The notes under the pieces: model-generated
Database searches by the model: none
What the model was told of the DNA's origin: nothing
What the model saw: the letters and a program-made list of their open reading frames with translations, nothing else
Origin: a virus
Taxonomy: Duplodnaviria > Caudoviricetes
Strand: one strand, 5' to 3'
IMG/VR virus record: IMGVR_UViG_3300033475_000120
Location: 1 to 29,576 of that record
Length of the DNA stretch: 29,576 nucleotides
Part shown: positions 25,460 to 29,576 of the stretch, piece after piece
How the letters are laid out: every line of letters starts with the position of its first letter
Numbering within the stretch: the stretch's first letter is position 1
Made by a program: the position numbers and the translations under genes

Positions 25460-25658
25460 AGTATCCTACACACTCCTTTTTTAGACAGTCAAAACAAATA
25501 GTACCTATTTCCTCATAGCTTAGATAGGTGTACAACTCACCATCAACAGCTATTCTATTTATACCATCTGCTGCGGGATTTGACGAGGAGTTTATGGTAG
25601 TTTTTTTAATTCTGTATTGAGGTACTACTTGGCCTGAGCATTTTTTAAATTTTGTCAT
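25443..25658 (-). CDS. small Cys-containing hypothetical protein (71 aa)
   Basis: ICFDC motif; overlaps neighbours. Confidence 0.55.
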   Translation of the reverse strand: MTKFKKCSGQVVPQYRIKKTTINSSSNPAADGINRIAVDGELYTYLSYEEIGTICFDCLKKECVGYYEARK

Positions 25659-25896
25659 AAAAATAGATATCCGGATACTTTTTCATATCGCACAATTTAC
25701 ACCAGCCATGAACGCACCAGCACTGCTTATCTGGTTTTTTAAGCAAAGCATCTTTGCATTCATAATCTAACTCGCATTGATCGGTATGTGAGCGGTCTTT
25801 ATTGCTTTGGGATTGAATTTCTTTGCATGTCTGCATTCTTACACCTTTCAAACCACGACTTTGCTCTATCGTGATGACTAGCAAGCACTTGGTCAA
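25645..25896 (-). CDS. small Cys-rich hypothetical protein (start probably MQTCK)
   Basis: AAGGTG RBS before MQTCKE; CWCVHGWCKLC. Confidence 0.5.
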   Translation of the reverse strand: MTKCLLVITIEQSRGLKGVRMQTCKEIQSQSNKDRSHTDQCELDYECKDALLKKPDKQCWCVHGWCKLCDMKKYPDIYFYDKI

Positions 25897-26620
25897 AGTT
25901 TTGATTGTTTATTGCCGTACCAAAACAATATCTATCTTTGCTTTCTTTGTAAATCAAACTCACATCATAAACTTCATATCCATCAGCTCTTTCGTGGTAT
26001 ATAAAACCTACATCTTCGCCAAAATATCCCGTTGACCAGTTGATCAATCGATCAACTATTTTTTTCTGGCTATATTGTTTGTCCCGGCAAGCTTTACATA
26101 TGGGTAAGTTTTCAGGAACACACATATCGTTGTGTAAATATAACTGATGATCTATTTCATCTTGTGGAGGCATATCCTTTGCCAGCTTAAAATCAGATGG
26201 AGGTGGAGTTATTCCACTTGCTCCCAAAGGAACTATTGCAGGGGCAATACCAAGGGATGGTCTTTCCTCAAACATGATTAGACGATTGTTTTTACAGCCT
26301 AGGCACCAACAGGATTCAAGATTCATAGAACCCTCGGGCTTTGACTGTTCAATCCAATCAAAGAGGTATTTAAAATCAGGAAAGTTTTCTCGAGCGATTG
26401 GTAATACCGGATATAATGTATAAAGCTCTTCGTGCACTAGATCTATTGACTCACAAGGAAAGTTTTCAAACAATCCAGGACTTTTCATTTCAGGACTTTC
26501 CAAATAATTATCAATAAATGTCGCCCATTTTGCTTGATGGTTAAAATATAATCTATTCAACTTCTTCAAGTTGTAATGAATCGTGTGCAATAATAAATTA
26601 TGACTTTTTTCGTAGCTCAT
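25799..26620 (-). CDS. mosaic hypothetical protein (273 aa) containing a capsid-like peptide
   Basis: Starts directly after the TerL stop with GAGG RBS; contains AIVPLGASGITPP. Confidence 0.7.
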   Translation of the reverse strand: MSYEKSHNLLLHTIHYNLKKLNRLYFNHQAKWATFIDNYLESPEMKSPGLFENFPCESIDLVHEELYTLYPVLPIARENFPDFKYLFDWIEQSKPEGSMNLESCWCLGCKNNRLIMFEERPSLGIAPAIVPLGASGITPPPSDFKLAKDMPPQDEIDHQLYLHNDMCVPENLPICKACRDKQYSQKKIVDRLINWSTGYFGEDVGFIYHERADGYEVYDVSLIYKESKDRYCFGTAINNQNFDQVLASHHDRAKSWFERCKNADMQRNSIPKQ

Positions 26621-27976
26621 TTATATATCCTCTCTAAAGAATCCACTGGTTTGTCTTGTTCCATACATTGCTTCTCTGTATCTGTTTTCAAGTTGTTCTG
26701 GTGTTGTGCCTTCAAATGAAGCTTTCTTAAGGGCAACACACATATATCTAAATGCATCTGCACCATGGCTTGATTCGTCGTGCAGTGGTATACCTTTATA
26801 CATCTTGCGAGTTGAGTCCCATTCCTGACGATAATTTGCTAGCGCCTTTATCAGATCTTTACATTTGGTTTGGTCGATACGTATGATGGGCAGCTTCTGT
26901 TTAACAAATTCAATTCCATCAAGAAGATCGTGTTTATATATCTCACTAAAGTTGAGCCCCAATTGCTTATACATCTCACGGCGTGTTATGCCAGAGCCTT
27001 GTTCGCGCACCATAATATCGTGAGGAGGGAAATGCTTACCATACGTATACGGCTTGGCCATTACGTAATTGACAAAGTGATCAATGGATCTGTTGGATGC
27101 CTGATAGTAATCAATCACATGTACTACCGCGCCAATACACTGAAACATGACGATGCAGGTTGGATCGTTGATCCCCAGATCCCATGCAGTATGAACTTTA
27201 AATCCAGGTTCCCACGGAACTTCGGCAATCTTACCCTCAATACGCATCTTATCCAAAATGTTTGCATAAAAGTAGCCATCTTGGCCTTCATCAAAGGAAC
27301 AGTAATACTCTTGACGAACCATGCCTTCTGATAATTCACCCAGCTCAACTTCTTTGCGAATATCCTCAATGGATATGTGTTGAGTATCTTCCACAGTTAA
27401 TCGGTAGCAAAACCAATCCTTTGAGTGTTGAGCAATCTGATACAGATCCCATAAATGATTTTTGCCACGAGGCGTGGATAGAAACAACGCTACTCCGTTA
27501 TTAGCGGTAAGAATTGGTCGAGCAAATTGATATGCGCGTGGATCTTGTAAAGAAAACTCTGAAAACACCATAAATTTAGCGTTGGTACCAACTAACGCCG
27601 TGTCGTAGTCATTCGATCCAAGGACTTGTATCACGCTGCCATTGGCAAATTTAAGGCGCATAAGCTGTTCATTGCGGTCAGCTATTTCCTTGGGGCAATA
27701 ATGATCTAATATGCGATATCCTTCATTAGTAATCGAATCCCACAAAATACGACGTCCTTGGGAGAATGTGGGGAATATATAGAAGATTGTTTGCACTTCT
27801 TTCAATGCTGCACGAACGCAGAGGTTGAATGCCACAATATCTTTACCCGCACGGCGTGGCAATATAGCCAGTACGCGCTTATAGCCCTTATTTTCTATCG
27901 CATCACAAATTGGAAGTTGATAGGGTCTGGGCTGAAATCGGTCAAGCTTTATACGTGTTTCTATGTTTAGATTCAT
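26621..27976 (-). CDS. terL: terminase large subunit
   Basis: PRPYQ Q-motif, Walker A PRRAGKD, Walker B MVFSE, STP coupling motif, RNase H-like WDLG and HGADAFRY. Confidence 0.93.
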   Translation of the reverse strand: MNLNIETRIKLDRFQPRPYQLPICDAIENKGYKRVLAILPRRAGKDIVAFNLCVRAALKEVQTIFYIFPTFSQGRRILWDSITNEGYRILDHYCPKEIADRNEQLMRLKFANGSVIQVLGSNDYDTALVGTNAKFMVFSEFSLQDPRAYQFARPILTANNGVALFLSTPRGKNHLWDLYQIAQHSKDWFCYRLTVEDTQHISIEDIRKEVELGELSEGMVRQEYYCSFDEGQDGYFYANILDKMRIEGKIAEVPWEPGFKVHTAWDLGINDPTCIVMFQCIGAVVHVIDYYQASNRSIDHFVNYVMAKPYTYGKHFPPHDIMVREQGSGITRREMYKQLGLNFSEIYKHDLLDGIEFVKQKLPIIRIDQTKCKDLIKALANYRQEWDSTRKMYKGIPLHDESSHGADAFRYMCVALKKASFEGTTPEQLENRYREAMYGTRQTSGFFREDI

Positions 27977-28134
27977 GTAACTATCTTGCGTATTACATCA
28001 TACATATATTGTAAGCGTTCAATATCTAAATCTATTATACTTTGTTCATATCTTAATTGTGGAGCAACCAAAAATATTTGATCAAACAGTATTTTTTTAC
28101 TCATTCCTTCAGTATATTCGTTTTCTTTATTCAT
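27973..28134 (-). CDS. hypothetical protein (53 aa, not in ORF track)
   Basis: ATGA overlaps at both ends; AAGGA RBS. Confidence 0.55.
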   Translation of the reverse strand: MNKENEYTEGMSKKILFDQIFLVAPQLRYEQSIIDLDIERLQYMYDVIRKIVT

Positions 28135-28391
28135 TTCTTTCCTTTGCACTTTTGATCACAGTCAACACCATGTTTAGTTTCAATATTATGTTTAACTCTT
28201 TCGTTCCAGGGTATATAGCCCTCACCATGAGGATTGTGATAACAATGTATGGCATCTCCACAGCATTTCTCTAAGGTAGGCATGGGACACATTCTATCTG
28301 AATTGCGGGCAACCAGCTCAGCTTCATTGAGTGAGCTTTTGCGCTCCATAACAGGAAAACGACAACATTGTTCTAACCGTGGGTCTATCAT
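28131..28391 (-). CDS. Cys-rich hypothetical protein (86 aa)
   Basis: ATGA coupling to upstream DUF551 gene. Confidence 0.6.
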   Translation of the reverse strand: MIDPRLEQCCRFPVMERKSSLNEAELVARNSDRMCPMPTLEKCCGDAIHCYHNPHGEGYIPWNERVKHNIETKHGVDCDQKCKGKK

Positions 28392-28576
28392 GGTTTTGGT
28401 ATATCCTTAAAATGCATCCAATGAGTTATTCTATAGCCCGGCTCTTGGTTATCAAACATATAGGCAGTCCAATGTTTATATTCGGGATAATATTTAGATG
28501 TCCAACATTGAACACCATCGGTTACCAGTACATATTCTTTGTCAGGCATCCTGTCTTTTACATTTATCCAGTTCAT
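28388..28576 (-). CDS. DUF551-like protein (62 aa)
   Basis: MNWINVKDRMP...VLV...ITHWM. Confidence 0.8.
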   Translation of the reverse strand: MNWINVKDRMPDKEYVLVTDGVQCWTSKYYPEYKHWTAYMFDNQEPGYRITHWMHFKDIPKP

Positions 28577-28869
28577 TTAGTCTCCGGATTCAACGGGAAT
28601 TCCATCCAATGGGTTATTTCATATTCTTCTTCTGAACATGGAAAATCCCATCTATCGACTGCGCACCAATCCCAAGAATGATCACCTTTTGCTTGATACC
28701 AATCAACCAGTATCTTATCGGCTGGAATTCTCAACATTACACTATATTTAGGGCCAGCATAATTCAGTTTATGGGGATGCGATCCTTTTAAGCAATCTTC
28801 ACAAAAACGAGCAGTCAAATATTCTTGTCCTGCTTTAGGCATCCTGTCTTTCACGCTTATCCAATTCAA
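28573..28869 (-). CDS. DUF551-like protein (98 aa)
   Basis: MNWISVKDRMP...ITHWMEFP; TTG start with AAAGGA RBS. Confidence 0.8.
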   Translation of the reverse strand: MNWISVKDRMPKAGQEYLTARFCEDCLKGSHPHKLNYAGPKYSVMLRIPADKILVDWYQAKGDHSWDWCAVDRWDFPCSEEEYEITHWMEFPLNPETK

Positions 28870-29142
28870 GTTGTTCCTTTCGTATTCGGTATTTCAGGTA
28901 AGGGCATCCAGTGAGTCACTATATGTTCTGAAATGGGAGTTGATTTATCCCAAGGAGTAAAATAATTGGAACATATACGCCATTTTCCATCTTGATATCT
29001 GCCAAAAGCTGTACCTTCAAGCAAATAAGGCTTAACATGAATATTAATAAGAACCCAAGGAGGGACGGCATACCTATCTATTGATACATATTCAGGAAGT
29101 CTCTCTTTCACGCTTATCCAATTCAAGTTGTTCCTTTCGTAT
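28847..29142. repeat. 39-bp perfect direct repeat (28847-28885 and 29104-29142)
   Basis: TCTTTCACGCTTATCCAATTCAAGTTGTTCCTTTCGTAT occurs twice, 257 bp apart. Confidence 0.9.
28866..29126 (-). CDS. DUF551-like protein (86 aa from TTG 29126)
   Basis: MNWISVKERLP...VTHWMPLPEIP; same RBS/TTG as the neighbouring gene. Confidence 0.8.
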   Translation of the reverse strand: MNWISVKERLPEYVSIDRYAVPPWVLINIHVKPYLLEGTAFGRYQDGKWRICSNYFTPWDKSTPISEHIVTHWMPLPEIPNTKGTT

Positions 29143-29274
29143 AATGCGATATTTGGCCATGCATTCATCAGAGCACCATTGTATCTGTGATTGGCGTGTT
29201 GTTGGGTACTTTTTATAGCATACATAGCAAAGCTTTTTCGTTGGCTTATCATTTCGGGGTGACAATACTTGCAT
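29092..29274 (-). CDS. small zinc-finger-like protein (60 aa)
   Basis: GGAG RBS; CYVC...WCSDEC. Confidence 0.6.
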   Translation of the reverse strand: MQVLSPRNDKPTKKLCYVCYKKYPTTRQSQIQWCSDECMAKYRIIRKEQLELDKRERETS

Positions 29275-29276
29275 CA

Positions 29277-29363
29277 CTACTCCTGTAAATGCTCCATAAA
29301 GTAACAACCTATCAATAGTATAAGCAGGATCCATCCTATCCATAATAACTTACTTATGATCAT
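29277..29363 (-). CDS. hydrophobic peptide (28 aa)
   Basis: AAGGT RBS; MIISKLLWIGWILLILLIGCYFMEHLQE. Confidence 0.4.
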   Translation of the reverse strand: MIISKLLWIGWILLILLIGCYFMEHLQE

Positions 29364-29371
29364 AGGTACCT

Positions 29372-29574
29372 TTAATATTTTTCAATGGCACTAAGATTAT
29401 CTGCTTGGGGTACTTTTCTCCCTTTAACCCCCACCAATGATAATGGGTAATATCCTTAAAGGAAAATGCTTGCGGCTCTCCATCTTCTTCTGTCATAGGC
29501 TTCATATAAAAGTCACCATGTTGCTGGTATGTCTCTGGCTTTGGGTGATCTTGAGGTATTTCCCAATGGCCAAG
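29372..29574 (-). CDS. 3' fragment of a hypothetical protein, possibly DUF551-like
   Basis: Open frame to the window edge, ...KDITHYHWWG... Confidence 0.5.
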
Positions 29575-29576
29575 AT

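Noticed and set aside
1-29576. Stop-codon reassignment, tRNA genes, integrase or att site
   Set aside because: Long genes are intact under code 11 and all three stop codons appear to be used; no cloverleaf or recombinase motifs were seen

Overview
Morphogenesis half of a tailed dsDNA phage (Caudoviricetes, podovirus-like gene order; no tape measure or sheath). The minus strand carries terminase large subunit, a 4-gene accessory insert, portal, small basic proteins, scaffold, an M15 peptidase endolysin, major capsid protein (MCP), head-tail adaptor, tail tube/nozzle, ejection proteins and two S74-chaperoned tail fibres. Clusters of small accessory ORFs (several DUF551-like) lie at both ends. 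The capsid locus is the most unusual part. The MCP is split into three exons (19144-18833, 18293-18174, 17731-17216; 315 aa spliced) by two sister group I introns. They have near-identical cores, individually retargeted guide sequences and a non-canonical P7 guanosine-binding helix. They lack a recognisable homing endonuclease and instead carry unrelated mini-ORF inserts of exactly the same length (141 nt) in P6. The predicted capsid mRNA begins with three tandem covarying pseudoknots. An accessory gene next to TerL carries a synonymously recoded 13-aa copy of a capsid peptide. All family assignments come from motif recognition by eye; no searches were run.
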